From: an uncultured delta proteobacterium
GTDB taxonomy: Bacteria > Desulfobacterota > Binatia > Binatales > Binataceae
Reading direction: 5' to 3'
Assembly (NCBI GenBank): GCA_963711565.1
Contig: CAVQEQ010000001.1
Span: 512,001-576,000 of the forward strand
DNA length: 64,000 nt
How positions within the stretch are numbered: position 1 is the stretch's first letter; every line of letters begins with the position of its first letter. The translations under genes were made by a program, and so were the position numbers. This document shows positions 39,648 through 49,709 of the stretch, in pieces. The notes below the pieces were generated by a model. That model was not told where the DNA came from and ran no database searches. It was given only the letters and a program-made list of their open reading frames with translations.

Positions 39648-39824
39648 TCAATTGAGGGGCCGCAACTGGCAGGTGCATCCGCGCGCCGCGCAACTCATCG
39701 AACCGTCGGGATGCGTGATATGAACGTCCATCTTGTGATGGCAATGGTCGCAGTCTCCGGTCCGCGGACGGGGCACAAGTTTGGGCTGTGTGCGTACAGG
39801 CTTGAACTGGATGACCTTGCCCAA
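39648..39824 (-). CDS. Small Cys/His-rich putative zinc-binding protein, 58 aa (not in ORF track)
   Basis: TTG start 4 nt after the argG stop. MGKVIQFKPVRTQPKLVPRPRTGDCDHCHHKMDVHITHPDGSMSCAARGCTCQLRPLN*. Confidence 0.65.
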   Translation of the reverse strand: MGKVIQFKPVRTQPKLVPRPRTGDCDHCHHKMDVHITHPDGSMSCAARGCTCQLRPLN

Positions 39825-39828
39825 ATCG

Positions 39829-41046
39829 CTAACCCTTGGTGCTCGTACGCGCGAGCGCTCGAAGCCTCACGCCCGCAAGCCTGATGAATCCGTCGGCGTC
39901 GGCCTGGTTATATCCGCCCGCTTCCTCGAAGCTCGCGATCTTCGGATCGTACAGCGAGTTCGGCGATTTGCGGCCGGCGATCCACACGCCACCCTTGAAG
40001 AGCTTCAGCCGCGCCACGCCGTTCACGTTTTTCTGCGTATCGTCCACCAGCGCCTGCAGCGCCTCGCGCTCGGGCGCAAACCAATATCCGTAATACACCA
40101 TTTCGGCGTAGCGTGGGATAAGCGAGTCGCGCAGATGCATCACCTCGCGATCCAGAGTGAGCTGCTCGACCGCGCGATGCCCATGGAAGAGGATCGTCAC
40201 GCCGGGCGTCTCGTAAACCCCGCGCGATTTGATTCCAACGTAGCGGTTCTCGACGAGATCGACGCGCCCGATCCCGTGACGTCCCGCGATTTCGTTGGCG
40301 CGCTCGATGATTCCCGCGGGCGCGAGCCGCTCACCGTTGATCGCCACCGGATTGCCGCCAGCGTATTCGATTTCGACGTACTCCGGCTTGTTCGGCGCGT
40401 CCTCAGGCGACACGGTCATGCGGAACATGTCGTTGTAAGGCTCGCGCCACGGGTCCTCGAGGATGCCGCCCTCGTAGCTGACGTGGACCATGTTGCGATC
40501 CATCGAGTACGGCTTCTCGGCGGTCACGGTCAGGGGAATTTTCTTTTCGTTGGCGTAAGCGATCATGTCGGCGCGGCCCACGAACGGCCAATCGGCCCGC
40601 CGCCACGGCGCGATGATCTTCAGGTCCGGCGCGAGCCGCGCAAACGTCAACTCGAATCGCACCTGGTCGTTGCCCTTGCCGGTGCATCCGTGAGCGACGG
40701 CGTCGGCGCCTTCCTGGCGCGCAATCTCGACCAGTTTCTTTGCGATGACCGGCCGCGCGATCGACGTGCCGAGCAGGTAGTAGCCCTCGTACACGGCATT
40801 CGCGCGCAGCATCGGGAAGACGAAGTCGCGTGCGAATTCCTCTCGCAGATCGACGAGATAAAGTTTGCTCGCTCCGGTCTTGAGCGCCTTCTCTTCGAGG
40901 CCCTCGGTCTCGTCGCCCTGCCCGACGTCGGCGCAGTATGCGATCACCTCGCAGCCGAACCGATCTTTGATCCAGCGCAGCATCACCGACGTGTCGAGTC
41001 CGCCGGAATACGACAGCACCAGTTTTTTTATTTTCTCGGTCGCCAC
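39829..41046 (-). CDS. argG: Argininosuccinate synthase
   Basis: [41 protein letters not shown]. Confidence 0.97.
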   Translation of the reverse strand: MATEKIKKLVLSYSGGLDTSVMLRWIKDRFGCEVIAYCADVGQGDETEGLEEKALKTGASKLYLVDLREEFARDFVFPMLRANAVYEGYYLLGTSIARPVIAKKLVEIARQEGADAVAHGCTGKGNDQVRFELTFARLAPDLKIIAPWRRADWPFVGRADMIAYANEKKIPLTVTAEKPYSMDRNMVHVSYEGGILEDPWREPYNDMFRMTVSPEDAPNKPEYVEIEYAGGNPVAINGERLAPAGIIERANEIAGRHGIGRVDLVENRYVGIKSRGVYETPGVTILFHGHRAVEQLTLDREVMHLRDSLIPRYAEMVYYGYWFAPEREALQALVDDTQKNVNGVARLKLFKGGVWIAGRKSPNSLYDPKIASFEEAGGYNQADADGFIRLAGVRLRALARTSTKG

Positions 41047-41059
41047 GATTATTAGACCC

Positions 41060-42001
41060 TCACGCCTGCGACGGCGAAGTCCGCAAAATTTCAGGACGTA
41101 TCAGCCAGACCATCACCGCCTTCTGCGCATGCAGCCGGTTCTCGGCCTGATCGAGCACCACCGAGCGCGGGCCGTCGAGCACGTCGTCGGTGATTTCCTC
41201 GCCGCGATGCGCCGGCAGGCAGTGCATCACGATCGCGCCCTTGCGCGCGTGCTTCAAGAGCGCGTCGTTGACCTGGAAACCCTTGAAGTCGCGCCGGCGC
41301 TGCACCGCTTCCTTCTCACGTCCCATCAACGTCCACGTATCAGTGTAAACAACGTCCGCGTCCTTGACCGCCTCGGCAGGATCGTCGGTAAGTGTGCCGA
41401 TTTCCTCGTTGCGCAGCCGCTTCATGAACTCCTTCTCCGGCCCGTAGTCTTTCGGACAGGCGAGCCGCAGCTCAAAGCCCGCGAGCGCCGCCGCTTCGAT
41501 CCAGCTCTGCGCAAGGTTGAAGCCGTCGCCAACGAACGCGACGCGCACTTTGCTAAGATCGCGCCCGAAGCGCTCCTGCAACGTCATCAGATCGGCGAGC
41601 AACTGGCACGGATGCAGCAAATCGGTGAGCCCGTTAATGACCGGCACGGTCGCCTCGCGCGCCAGCTCGACCGCGGTCTCGTGCGAGAATGTGCGAATCA
41701 TGATCAAATCCACGGTTCGCGAGATGTTGCGCGCGACATCCTTCACGGACTCGCGCTCGCCGATACCGATATCATTAGGCGCGAGATAAATCGCGTGCCC
41801 GCCAAGCTGCGCCATGCCGGTCTCGAACGTGACCCGCGTCCGCAGCGACGGCTTCTGAAATACCATCGCGAGCGTCCGCCCGCGCAGGTACGGATGGTCG
41901 AGTCCGATCTTGAGCTCGGCCTTTAGCCGCGCGCCCAGCGCGAGCAGTCCGTTGAGTTCAGCCGGCGAAATCGAGCTGAGATCGAGAAAGTCGCGTTTCA
42001 T
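41060..42001 (-). CDS. argF: Ornithine carbamoyltransferase
   Basis: [37 protein letters not shown]. Confidence 0.95.
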   Translation of the reverse strand: MKRDFLDLSSISPAELNGLLALGARLKAELKIGLDHPYLRGRTLAMVFQKPSLRTRVTFETGMAQLGGHAIYLAPNDIGIGERESVKDVARNISRTVDLIMIRTFSHETAVELAREATVPVINGLTDLLHPCQLLADLMTLQERFGRDLSKVRVAFVGDGFNLAQSWIEAAALAGFELRLACPKDYGPEKEFMKRLRNEEIGTLTDDPAEAVKDADVVYTDTWTLMGREKEAVQRRRDFKGFQVNDALLKHARKGAIVMHCLPAHRGEEITDDVLDGPRSVVLDQAENRLHAQKAVMVWLIRPEILRTSPSQA

Positions 42002-43185
42002 TTCGGAATCGGCGTGCTCTTGAATGCATTCTCGATAATCGCGAGGCCCGCGTCCGCTTCCTCGCGCGTAAGATTCAACGGCGGCAACAGCCGCAGCACG
42101 TTGCCCGCGGTGCCGTTGACGAGCAGCCGATGCTTGAGACACTGCTCGACAATCGGCCGCGCGTCGTGCTTGAGCACCGCGCCGATGATCATCCCGAGTC
42201 CGCGAACCTCGACGATTCGGTCGCACGAGCGCGCGAATCTAGCGAGCCGCTCGAGGATGTAAGCGCCGACGCTCGACGCGTTCTCGAGCACCTCGTCCTG
42301 CTCGAGCGCGTCGATCACGGCACAAGCCGCAGCGCATGCGACCGGATTCCCTCCGAACGTGCTGCCATGGCTGCCGGGCGTGAAGCTCGACGCTATCTCG
42401 GCGCGCGCAATCATCGCGCCGATCGGAAGCCCTCCACCCAGCGCCTTCGCCAGCGTTACGATGTCCGGTTTGATGCCGACGTGCTCGAACGCGAAAAATT
42501 TCCCGGTGCGTCCCATCCCGGTCTGCACTTCATCCAGTATCAGCAGCATCTTGTTGCGATCGCACCAGTCGCGCACCCGCTTTAGGTAATCCGCGCGCGG
42601 CACGACGACGCCGCCTTCGCCCTGGATCGGTTCGACCATCACGCCGACGGTTTCATCGCGCCGTGCGTGATCGAGCGCCGCGATATCGTCGTACGGGATC
42701 ATTCTGAAGCCGGGCATCAGCGGCTGGAACCCCTGATGGTAGCGCTCCTGGCCGGTCGCGCTCACAGTCGCGAGCGTGCGTCCGTGAAACGACCCGAGCG
42801 TCGTCAAAATCTCAAAACGTCCGTTGCCCCATCGCCGCGCGAGCTTTATGGCAGCCTCGTTGGCTTCGGCGCCCGAGTTGCCCAGGAAAACTTTGCCGTC
42901 GCCGAAATGATTCGCCAGCTTCTCGACGAGTCGGGCGGTCGGTTCGGTATGAAACACGTTGGAAACGTGCGTGAGCTTCTCCGCCTGCTCCTTGATCGCC
43001 CGCACGACGCGAGGATTTCCGTGTCCGAGGCTGGTAACCGCGAGCCCGCAGAAAAAATCGAGATAGCGATTGCCGTCAGCGTCGTACAGATACGCGCCGT
43101 GCCCACGCGCGAACGCGATCGGCAGGCATCCGTACACATCGACCATGTTGCGATGCGTGAGTTCTATTATCTCGGCGTTGTTCAT
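41998..43185 (-). CDS. argD: Acetylornithine aminotransferase
   Basis: [35 protein letters not shown]; position in the arg operon. Confidence 0.93.
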   Translation of the reverse strand: MNNAEIIELTHRNMVDVYGCLPIAFARGHGAYLYDADGNRYLDFFCGLAVTSLGHGNPRVVRAIKEQAEKLTHVSNVFHTEPTARLVEKLANHFGDGKVFLGNSGAEANEAAIKLARRWGNGRFEILTTLGSFHGRTLATVSATGQERYHQGFQPLMPGFRMIPYDDIAALDHARRDETVGVMVEPIQGEGGVVVPRADYLKRVRDWCDRNKMLLILDEVQTGMGRTGKFFAFEHVGIKPDIVTLAKALGGGLPIGAMIARAEIASSFTPGSHGSTFGGNPVACAAACAVIDALEQDEVLENASSVGAYILERLARFARSCDRIVEVRGLGMIIGAVLKHDARPIVEQCLKHRLLVNGTAGNVLRLLPPLNLTREEADAGLAIIENAFKSTPIPK

Positions 43186-44123
43186 CGAACTTTGCCGCCC
43201 TGCGCAATGCGAGCAGTGTCGCTCAACGCCGAGACCTTTGCGCTGCGCTGGACGACCTCGGTGCCGATTCCTGAGCGCGTGAAAATTTCGAGCAGCACCG
43301 CGTGCTTGTTGCGCCCGTCGATTATGTGCGTCTTCGCGACGCCCTTGGTCAGCGCCTCGATGCAGCATTCGACCTTCGGAATCATCCCTTCGTGAATGAC
43401 GCCGCGCGCGATCAGGCGCCGCGCTTCCGCCGCATCGAGTGTCGAGAGCAGCTTGCCGTCCTTGTCCTTCACGCCTTCAACGTCGCTCAGCAGTATCAAT
43501 TTTTCCGCCTTGAGCGCGGCCGCGATCTCGCCCGCCGCGGTATCGGCATTGATGTTGTACGTCTGGCCGTCGCGGCCAAATCCCGTCGGCGCGATCACCG
43601 GGATGAAATTGTTCACCTCAAGCGTGCGCAGCAATTCCGGATTGACGCGATCGACTTCGCCGACCAGCCCGATATCGACGCGCGAGCGCTTGCCGTTGTC
43701 GTCGGTCACGACCATACGCATCTTGCGCGATCTGATCAGGTCGCCGTCCTTGCCCGACAGCCCGACCGCGCGCCCGCCCGCCCGCGAGATCGTCGCGACG
43801 AGATCCTTGTTGATTCTCTGCAGCACCATCTCGGCCGCTTCCATCGTCGCCGGATCGGTCACACGCATCCCGCGTACGAAGCGCGACTTCAGCCCGAGCT
43901 TGCCGATCAGTTCCGTGATCTGCGGGCCGCCGCCGTGCACGATTATCGGGTTGATGCCGACCAGGTCGAGCAGCACGACCTCCCGCGCAAAACTTTCGCG
44001 CAGCTCCTCGGTTTGCATCGCGTGGCCGCCGTATTTGATGACGAACGTCTTGCCGCGAAAGCGCCGAATGTACGGCAGCGCTTCGATGAGCACGTCGGCT
44101 CGATTGTGGGTCGCCTCTTTCAC
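43182..44123 (-). CDS. argB: Acetylglutamate kinase
   Basis: [34 protein letters not shown]. Confidence 0.96.
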   Translation of the reverse strand: MKEATHNRADVLIEALPYIRRFRGKTFVIKYGGHAMQTEELRESFAREVVLLDLVGINPIIVHGGGPQITELIGKLGLKSRFVRGMRVTDPATMEAAEMVLQRINKDLVATISRAGGRAVGLSGKDGDLIRSRKMRMVVTDDNGKRSRVDIGLVGEVDRVNPELLRTLEVNNFIPVIAPTGFGRDGQTYNINADTAAGEIAAALKAEKLILLSDVEGVKDKDGKLLSTLDAAEARRLIARGVIHEGMIPKVECCIEALTKGVAKTHIIDGRNKHAVLLEIFTRSGIGTEVVQRSAKVSALSDTARIAQGGKVR

Positions 44124-44235
44124 GCTCTAAAGAACCTCGCCAAAACCCGGAAAAGGAAATGAAAACAGTATTGCACGCGCGGCGCAATCCATCGCCTGCG
44201 TGGCAGTTAATACAAGTCTAACGGTTGCGCGGGAG

Positions 44236-45606
44236 CTACAGAATATAGCGCGAAAGATCCTCGTCTTTGACGATCTCGTCGAGGCGGCCGTGAACGTAGG
44301 CGGCGTCGATTGTCAGCTCTTTGTTCTGCAGCTCCGGCGCGTTGAATGACAGCTCTTCGAGCAGGCGCTCGAGCACCGTATGCAGCCGGCGCGCGCCGAT
44401 ATTTTCCGAGCGCGAGTTGACCTTGGCCGCGATCTCCGCCAGCGCCGCGACGCCGTCTTCGGTGAACCGCATTCGCACGCCCTCGGTCTCCATCAGCGCT
44501 ACGTATTGCCGCGTCAGCGCGTTCTCCGGCTCGGTCAGGATGCGGATGAAATCTTCGCGCGTGAGCGCCTTCAGCTCCACGCGAATCGGAAAGCGGCCCT
44601 GGAACTCGGGAATCAGATCCGACGGCTTCGACGTATGGAACGCGCCCGACGCGACAAACAAAATGTGATCGGTCTTCACCGCGCCATATTTCGTGTTGAC
44701 TGTCGAGCCCTCGACGATCGGCAGCAGGTCGCGCTGCACGCCTTCGCGCGACACGTCCGGCCCGTGCGTCTCGCGCCCCGCGATCTTGTCGATCTCATCG
44801 ATGAAAACTATCCCCGACTGTTCCGCGCGCGTGATCGCCTCGTGCGCGACCGCCTCCATATCCACCAGCCGCGCCGCTTCCTCCGCAGTCAGCAGCTCGA
44901 GCGCCTCGGGGATTTTCACTTTGCGCGTGCGCGTCTTCTTCGGCATGAGCTGATTCATCAGCTCCTTCATGTTGAGGCCCATCTCTTCCATGCCCTGCGG
45001 CGTGAAGACCTCGATATTCGGCGCGGCGTTCGCGCTGACTTCGAGCTCGACCTCGCGATCGTTGAGGTGGCCGCCGATGAGCAGCTTACGCAACTTCTCG
45101 CGCGTGTCTTTGTGCGAGTCGTTATCCACGACCTCTACATTCCCTTCGGGAGTGATCCCCGCAGGACGGCGAACTTTCGTCGGCGCCGGGAACAGCAAAT
45201 CGAGCAGGCGTTCTTCGGCATTTTCGCGCGCCTTCACCGCAACGCGCTCGCGCGCTTCGTCGCGCACCATCTTGACCGAGCACTCGGCCAGGTCGCGAAT
45301 CATCGACTCAACGTCGCGCCCGACGTAGCCGACCTCGGTGTAGCGGGATGCTTCTACCTTGACGAACGGCGCCTGCGCCAGCCGCGCCAGCCGCCGCGCG
45401 ATTTCCGTCTTGCCGACGCCGGTCGGCCCGATCATCAGGATGTTTTTGGGCGCGATTTCGTCGCGCAGGTCCGGCGCGACATTCTGCCGCCGCCATCGAT
45501 TGCGCAGCGCGATCGCAACAGCGCGCTTCGCGTCATGCTGCCCGACGATATATCGATCGAGCTCCGAGACGATCTCGCGCGGCGTCATCACCTGTGGAAC
45601 TGCCAT
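44236..45606 (-). CDS. hslU: ATP-dependent protease ATPase subunit HslU
   Basis: [42 protein letters not shown]. Confidence 0.97.
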   Translation of the reverse strand: MAVPQVMTPREIVSELDRYIVGQHDAKRAVAIALRNRWRRQNVAPDLRDEIAPKNILMIGPTGVGKTEIARRLARLAQAPFVKVEASRYTEVGYVGRDVESMIRDLAECSVKMVRDEARERVAVKARENAEERLLDLLFPAPTKVRRPAGITPEGNVEVVDNDSHKDTREKLRKLLIGGHLNDREVELEVSANAAPNIEVFTPQGMEEMGLNMKELMNQLMPKKTRTRKVKIPEALELLTAEEAARLVDMEAVAHEAITRAEQSGIVFIDEIDKIAGRETHGPDVSREGVQRDLLPIVEGSTVNTKYGAVKTDHILFVASGAFHTSKPSDLIPEFQGRFPIRVELKALTREDFIRILTEPENALTRQYVALMETEGVRMRFTEDGVAALAEIAAKVNSRSENIGARRLHTVLERLLEELSFNAPELQNKELTIDAAYVHGRLDEIVKDEDLSRYIL

Positions 45607-45627
45607 CGCTTGAAAACTTCCTGAAGA

Positions 45628-46200
45628 CTATAACTCTTCGAACACGAATTGGTCGTTGGTGTATACGCAGACTTCCGACGCGATCTTCATCGCACCTTCC
45701 GCAATCTGGCGCGCCGTCATCCCCGAGCCGTGACGAATCAGCGCACGCGCGGCCGACAGCGCGTAGTTGCCGCCCGATCCGATCGCCAGGATTCCGTCGT
45801 CAGGCTCGAGCACGTCGCCGACGCCCGAAATGAGCAGCGAGCTCTCCTTGTCCGCGACGACCAGCATCGCCTCGAGCCGCCGCAGGATTCGATCCGTGCG
45901 CCAGTCCTTGGCCAGCTCGACCGCCGCACGGCGCAGCACTCCGTTGTATTCCTGCAGCTTCAATTCGAACTTGTCGAACAGCGTCAGCGCGTCCGCGGTC
46001 GAGCCTGCAAATCCTGCTAGCACTCTGTCCTGATGCAGCCGGCGCACTTTCTTCGCCTTGCTCTTCATGATCGTCTGCCCGACGCTCACCTGCCCGTCAC
46101 CGGCGATCACGACGTGCCCCTCGTGGCGCACGCTCAGAATCGTCGTGTGGCGAAATTCGGCGCCCGGCTCGATACCCCTGTCAGACTCGTGGGAAGGCAC
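45628..46200 (-). CDS. hslV: ATP-dependent protease subunit HslV
   Basis: [34 protein letters not shown]. Confidence 0.96.
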   Translation of the reverse strand: MPSHESDRGIEPGAEFRHTTILSVRHEGHVVIAGDGQVSVGQTIMKSKAKKVRRLHQDRVLAGFAGSTADALTLFDKFELKLQEYNGVLRRAAVELAKDWRTDRILRRLEAMLVVADKESSLLISGVGDVLEPDDGILAIGSGGNYALSAARALIRHGSGMTARQIAEGAMKIASEVCVYTNDQFVFEEL

Positions 46201-47107
46201 GTCGATAAACCTCTTTCAAATGATGCACACTGACATGAGTATAGCGCTGCGTCGTCGCCAGGCTCGCATGGCCGAGCATCTCCTGTATCGACCTCAAATC
46301 AGCCCCATTGCCAAGCATATGCGTTGCGAAAGAATGGCGCAGCCCATGCGGCGTAACGCCCACGGTGACGCCAGCCGCCTCGATTCTACGCTGCAGGATC
46401 ATCTCGACGCTGCGCGTGGTCAGCCGTCCGCCGCGAAGATTCGTGATTACGGGGCCGTTATGCTCCCACGCGATCGGCATTGCCGTCTTCCACCTCTTCA
46501 ACGCATCCAGGGCCGGCTCGCCGAGCGGCACGAGGCGATCCTTGTTGCCCTTGCCCGCGCGGATCATCACCATCCCGAGCTCTTCGTCGATATCCCGCCA
46601 GTCCAACCCGACCAGCTCGCCGACGCGCAGCCCCGACGAGTACAACGTCTCGAAGATCGCACGGTCGCGTATCGCGGCGGGCGTCGAGTCATCGAGCGTC
46701 GGCGAGAATTCGATCAGCTTGCGAACTTCGGCTTCCTGAAGGATCGACGGCAAGCCGCGCACATTCTTCGGCGATCGAATCGATCGCGCCGGGCTCGCCG
46801 CGCCGATCGTCGTCTCGCGATATCGGAAGAACGCCTTGATCGCACTAAGTCTGCGCTGGACGGTTGCGCGTTTTGCGGTCTTCATCAGTTCCTTCAGGTA
46901 GCTGCGGATATGATCCGCTGTGATGCTCGCGACGTCGATCTCATCGGCGCGTTTGCCGAGAATCGCCGCCCGCTCGAGCATGAAACTCCGGAAGCCGAGC
47001 AGGTCGCGCCGGTAGTTCGTCACCGTATTGTCCGCGGCGCGCGACGCCTTCCTCAGCGCCGCAGCAAACGCCTCCACCTCGGCCTCCATCATCTCGCGCG
47101 CATCCAT
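46181..47107 (-). CDS. xerC: Tyrosine recombinase XerC
   Basis: [45 protein letters not shown]; upstream of hslVU. Confidence 0.9.
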   Translation of the reverse strand: MDAREMMEAEVEAFAAALRKASRAADNTVTNYRRDLLGFRSFMLERAAILGKRADEIDVASITADHIRSYLKELMKTAKRATVQRRLSAIKAFFRYRETTIGAASPARSIRSPKNVRGLPSILQEAEVRKLIEFSPTLDDSTPAAIRDRAIFETLYSSGLRVGELVGLDWRDIDEELGMVMIRAGKGNKDRLVPLGEPALDALKRWKTAMPIAWEHNGPVITNLRGGRLTTRSVEMILQRRIEAAGVTVGVTPHGLRHSFATHMLGNGADLRSIQEMLGHASLATTQRYTHVSVHHLKEVYRRAFPRV

Positions 47108-47219
47108 TTGAGCGGCTATGCTATCAGCGGCGATTCGGGCGAAAAAGCGTGCATTTCCGAGCCGGTCGCATTCTCGTCTCGCGGAGCACCATGCCGCACG
47201 AAGAACTCGCCTCGTCGCT

Positions 47220-47507
47220 ATGAACTGTTGGAATTGCGCGAACAAAATTGAAGTCGTCACCGGCGAACGCGTGGGTTTTCGCGACGAATGCCCCGGATGC
47301 GGCCGCGCGCTCCACTCATGCCGCAACTGCGGCTTTTACGATCCGGCATACAACAACAGTTGCCGCGAGCCGATGGCGGAGCGGGTAGTGGACAAGGAAC
47401 GATTCAACTTCTGCGAATATTACATCCCCGGCGACGCGGCCGTTAAGCCGCCGGTCAAAACGGGCGCGCAGGACAAGCTGGAGGCTCTCTTCAAGAAAAA
47501 ATCATGA
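47220..47507 (+). CDS. Cys-rich putative zinc-binding hypothetical protein
   Basis: CWNC...CPGC...HSCRNC.FY..C.E...NFCEYY. Confidence 0.7.
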   Translation: MNCWNCANKIEVVTGERVGFRDECPGCGRALHSCRNCGFYDPAYNNSCREPMAERVVDKERFNFCEYYIPGDAAVKPPVKTGAQDKLEALFKKKS

Positions 47508-47929
47508 CACGCAAATTCCAGCTTTCTGACCGATGCGCCGAACTTCTCTTTGTCGCGGCGTTCGCTTCAATCGTCGCCACGGGATGCCATCCCGCGAACA
47601 GCGCGCGCGGCGTCGTCGATCGCTTCATCGATCAATATTATGTAGCGATCGATCTGAAGGCGGCCGAGCCCTTCTGCACCGGCCTAGCACTCGACAAGCT
47701 GCATCACGAACAGCAGCTAATCGGTAACCAGAAAATCGACGAGAACACCCGCAAGCCCGTCGTCCACTACAAGCTGACCGCCGAGCGCGACGCCACCGAC
47801 CATATCGAGTTCCTGTTCCGCGCGACCATCAACGTCCCCGAAGGCGGCACCTTTAATCGCAACTGGCTGATCACGGCGCGCAAAGAAGCCGACACCTGGA
47901 AAGTCTCGAACTTCGATGACTACGAATAG
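47504..47929 (+). CDS. Hypothetical lipoprotein (NTF2-like)
   Basis: Lipobox ATGC; ends WKVSNF; overlaps both neighbours. Confidence 0.65.
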   Translation: MTRKFQLSDRCAELLFVAAFASIVATGCHPANSARGVVDRFIDQYYVAIDLKAAEPFCTGLALDKLHHEQQLIGNQKIDENTRKPVVHYKLTAERDATDHIEFLFRATINVPEGGTFNRNWLITARKEADTWKVSNFDDYE

Positions 47930-49346
47930 CGTCGCCGCGATCATCCTCGCCGCCGGCAAGGGCACTCGGATGCGCTCGCAGCGCGCCAAGGTCCTGCACC
48001 AGCTCGGCGGCGAGCCGATGATCGCGCGCGCGGTTCGCGCCGTCGCCGCGCTAAAGCCCCATCCTATCGTGATCGTCGTCGGTCACCAGGCGCGCGAAGT
48101 CGAAGCCGCCATTAATTTTCCGAACGCGCGATTCGCGCTCCAGGAGCCGCAGCGAGGCACCGGCGACGCCGCGCGATGCGCACTGAGCCAGCTTCCCGCG
48201 AACTTCACCGGCGACGTGCTAATCACCTACGGCGACATGCCTGCAATCAAGTCGTCAACGCTGCGCGCCTTCCTCGACGCACATCGAAACGGCGGCGCAA
48301 AGCTCTCGTTTATCAGTATCGTTCTCGACGATCCGGCCGCGTACGGCCGCGTGATTCGGGATGCGGACGGCAAGATCGAGAAAATCGTCGAGTTCCGCGA
48401 CGCGTCACCCGCCGAGCGCGCCATTAGGGAAATCAACACCGGTTGTTACATCGTCAATAGCGGCCTGCTTCGATCTGCGCTCGCGGAACTGAAACCGGGC
48501 AATGCCCAGGATGAGTACTACCTGACCGATATCGTTGCGATGGCGCGTGCGCGTCGCGAAGAAGTCGAAGCGTGGGTTGCCACCGACCCGGCGGAATTCG
48601 CCGGCATCAACTCGCGCGAGGAGCTGGCAAATATGGAAGCGGAAATTCGTGCAGCCGTTAACCGCAAGCTGATGGCGTCGGGCGTGACGCTCGTCGATCC
48701 CCCGACGGCCTACATTTCTGAACAAGCGGAAATCGCGCCCGACTGCGTTATCGGTCCCAACGTTCAGATTCTCGGCGCGTGCAAGCTCGGCGAGGGCGTG
48801 CGAATCGACGGCACCGCATGGCTCAGCAACGTGACGATTGGCCCGCGATGCCATCTGAAGCTGGGAGTGCGCGCCGAAGATTGCGTTATCGGCGAGGATT
48901 CCGAAATCGGCCCGTTCGCCAACCTGCGCACCGGCACCGAACTCGCCGGCCACAACCGCATCGGCAATTTCGTCGAGACCAAAAAAGCGCGCCTCGGCCG
49001 CGGCACCAAGGCCAGCCACCTGAGCTATCTCGGCGACGCCACGATAGGCGCCGACACCAACATCGGCTGCGGCGTTATCACCGTGAACTACGACGGCTAC
49101 GACAAGCACCAAACGGAAATCGGCGACCGCTGCATGGTGGGATGCGACACGCAACTGGTCGCGCCGGTAAAGGTCGGCAGCGACGTGTACGTCGCGTCCG
49201 GCACGACGATCATCCGCGAAGTGCCCGACGGCGCGCTCGTGATGTCGCATCACCCGCAGCGCGAAAAATCCGGCTGGATGGCCGGCTGGCGCAAGCGCCA
49301 CAACGACAGCCCCGACGGCAGCTTGCGGCGCAAGAAGAATCACTAG
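47916..49346 (+). CDS. glmU: Bifunctional UDP-GlcNAc pyrophosphorylase/glucosamine-1-P acetyltransferase
   Basis: ILAAGKGTRM, EYYLTD, hexapeptide repeats, GNFVE.K, HLSYLGD, NYDG. Confidence 0.97.
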   Translation: MTTNSVAAIILAAGKGTRMRSQRAKVLHQLGGEPMIARAVRAVAALKPHPIVIVVGHQAREVEAAINFPNARFALQEPQRGTGDAARCALSQLPANFTGDVLITYGDMPAIKSSTLRAFLDAHRNGGAKLSFISIVLDDPAAYGRVIRDADGKIEKIVEFRDASPAERAIREINTGCYIVNSGLLRSALAELKPGNAQDEYYLTDIVAMARARREEVEAWVATDPAEFAGINSREELANMEAEIRAAVNRKLMASGVTLVDPPTAYISEQAEIAPDCVIGPNVQILGACKLGEGVRIDGTAWLSNVTIGPRCHLKLGVRAEDCVIGEDSEIGPFANLRTGTELAGHNRIGNFVETKKARLGRGTKASHLSYLGDATIGADTNIGCGVITVNYDGYDKHQTEIGDRCMVGCDTQLVAPVKVGSDVYVASGTTIIREVPDGALVMSHHPQREKSGWMAGWRKRHNDSPDGSLRRKKNH

Positions 49347-49440
49347 CGACCGGACGCGTCGCTTGAACTCGCTCATCCGAGCGAGAATAATCATCGGAAC
49401 GAGGTGACGGTCGAGGCGATAGAAAATATAGAACGAGAGT

Positions 49441-49578
49441 AGCGCCAGGACTCATGTTCATCGCATGAGTTGACGAGGTGGAAGCAGTATCGAAAGATTC
49501 GGCGGATGGCTTCCCGGCTCCACAGTCGATAGAGGCGAGCAAACCGCGCGGGTGACCGCGCGACAAAACGCGCCTCGA
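49441..49578 (+). ncRNA. glmS glucosamine-6-phosphate-activated ribozyme
   Basis: A/GCGCCAG cleavage motif; P1 GACTCATG/CATGAGTT; GACGAGG; P2 GGAAGC/GCTTCC; TATCGAA..TCGGCGGATG; P4 GAGGCG/CGCCTC; P4.1 with GTGA (GNRA) loop; ACAAAA. Directly upstream of glmS. Confidence 0.92.
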
Positions 49579-49709
49579 GTGGCAGAGCATCGCGGCTCTG
49601 ACGTGATTTTCTAAACTCTCCTGCACAAATCATTTCTCTATCGTTTTCGCTCTGTCTGCGAGTTCGGATAACTCTGCAAACTTCCCTGCGGGGAAAGGAG
49701 CGAACGTGC

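Noticed and set aside
44124-44235. ARG box or arginine riboswitch before argB
   Set aside because: No recognisable ArgR palindrome or stable leader structure.
46181-47107. Prophage/ICE integrase
   Set aside because: Size, motifs and hslVU context indicate housekeeping XerC.
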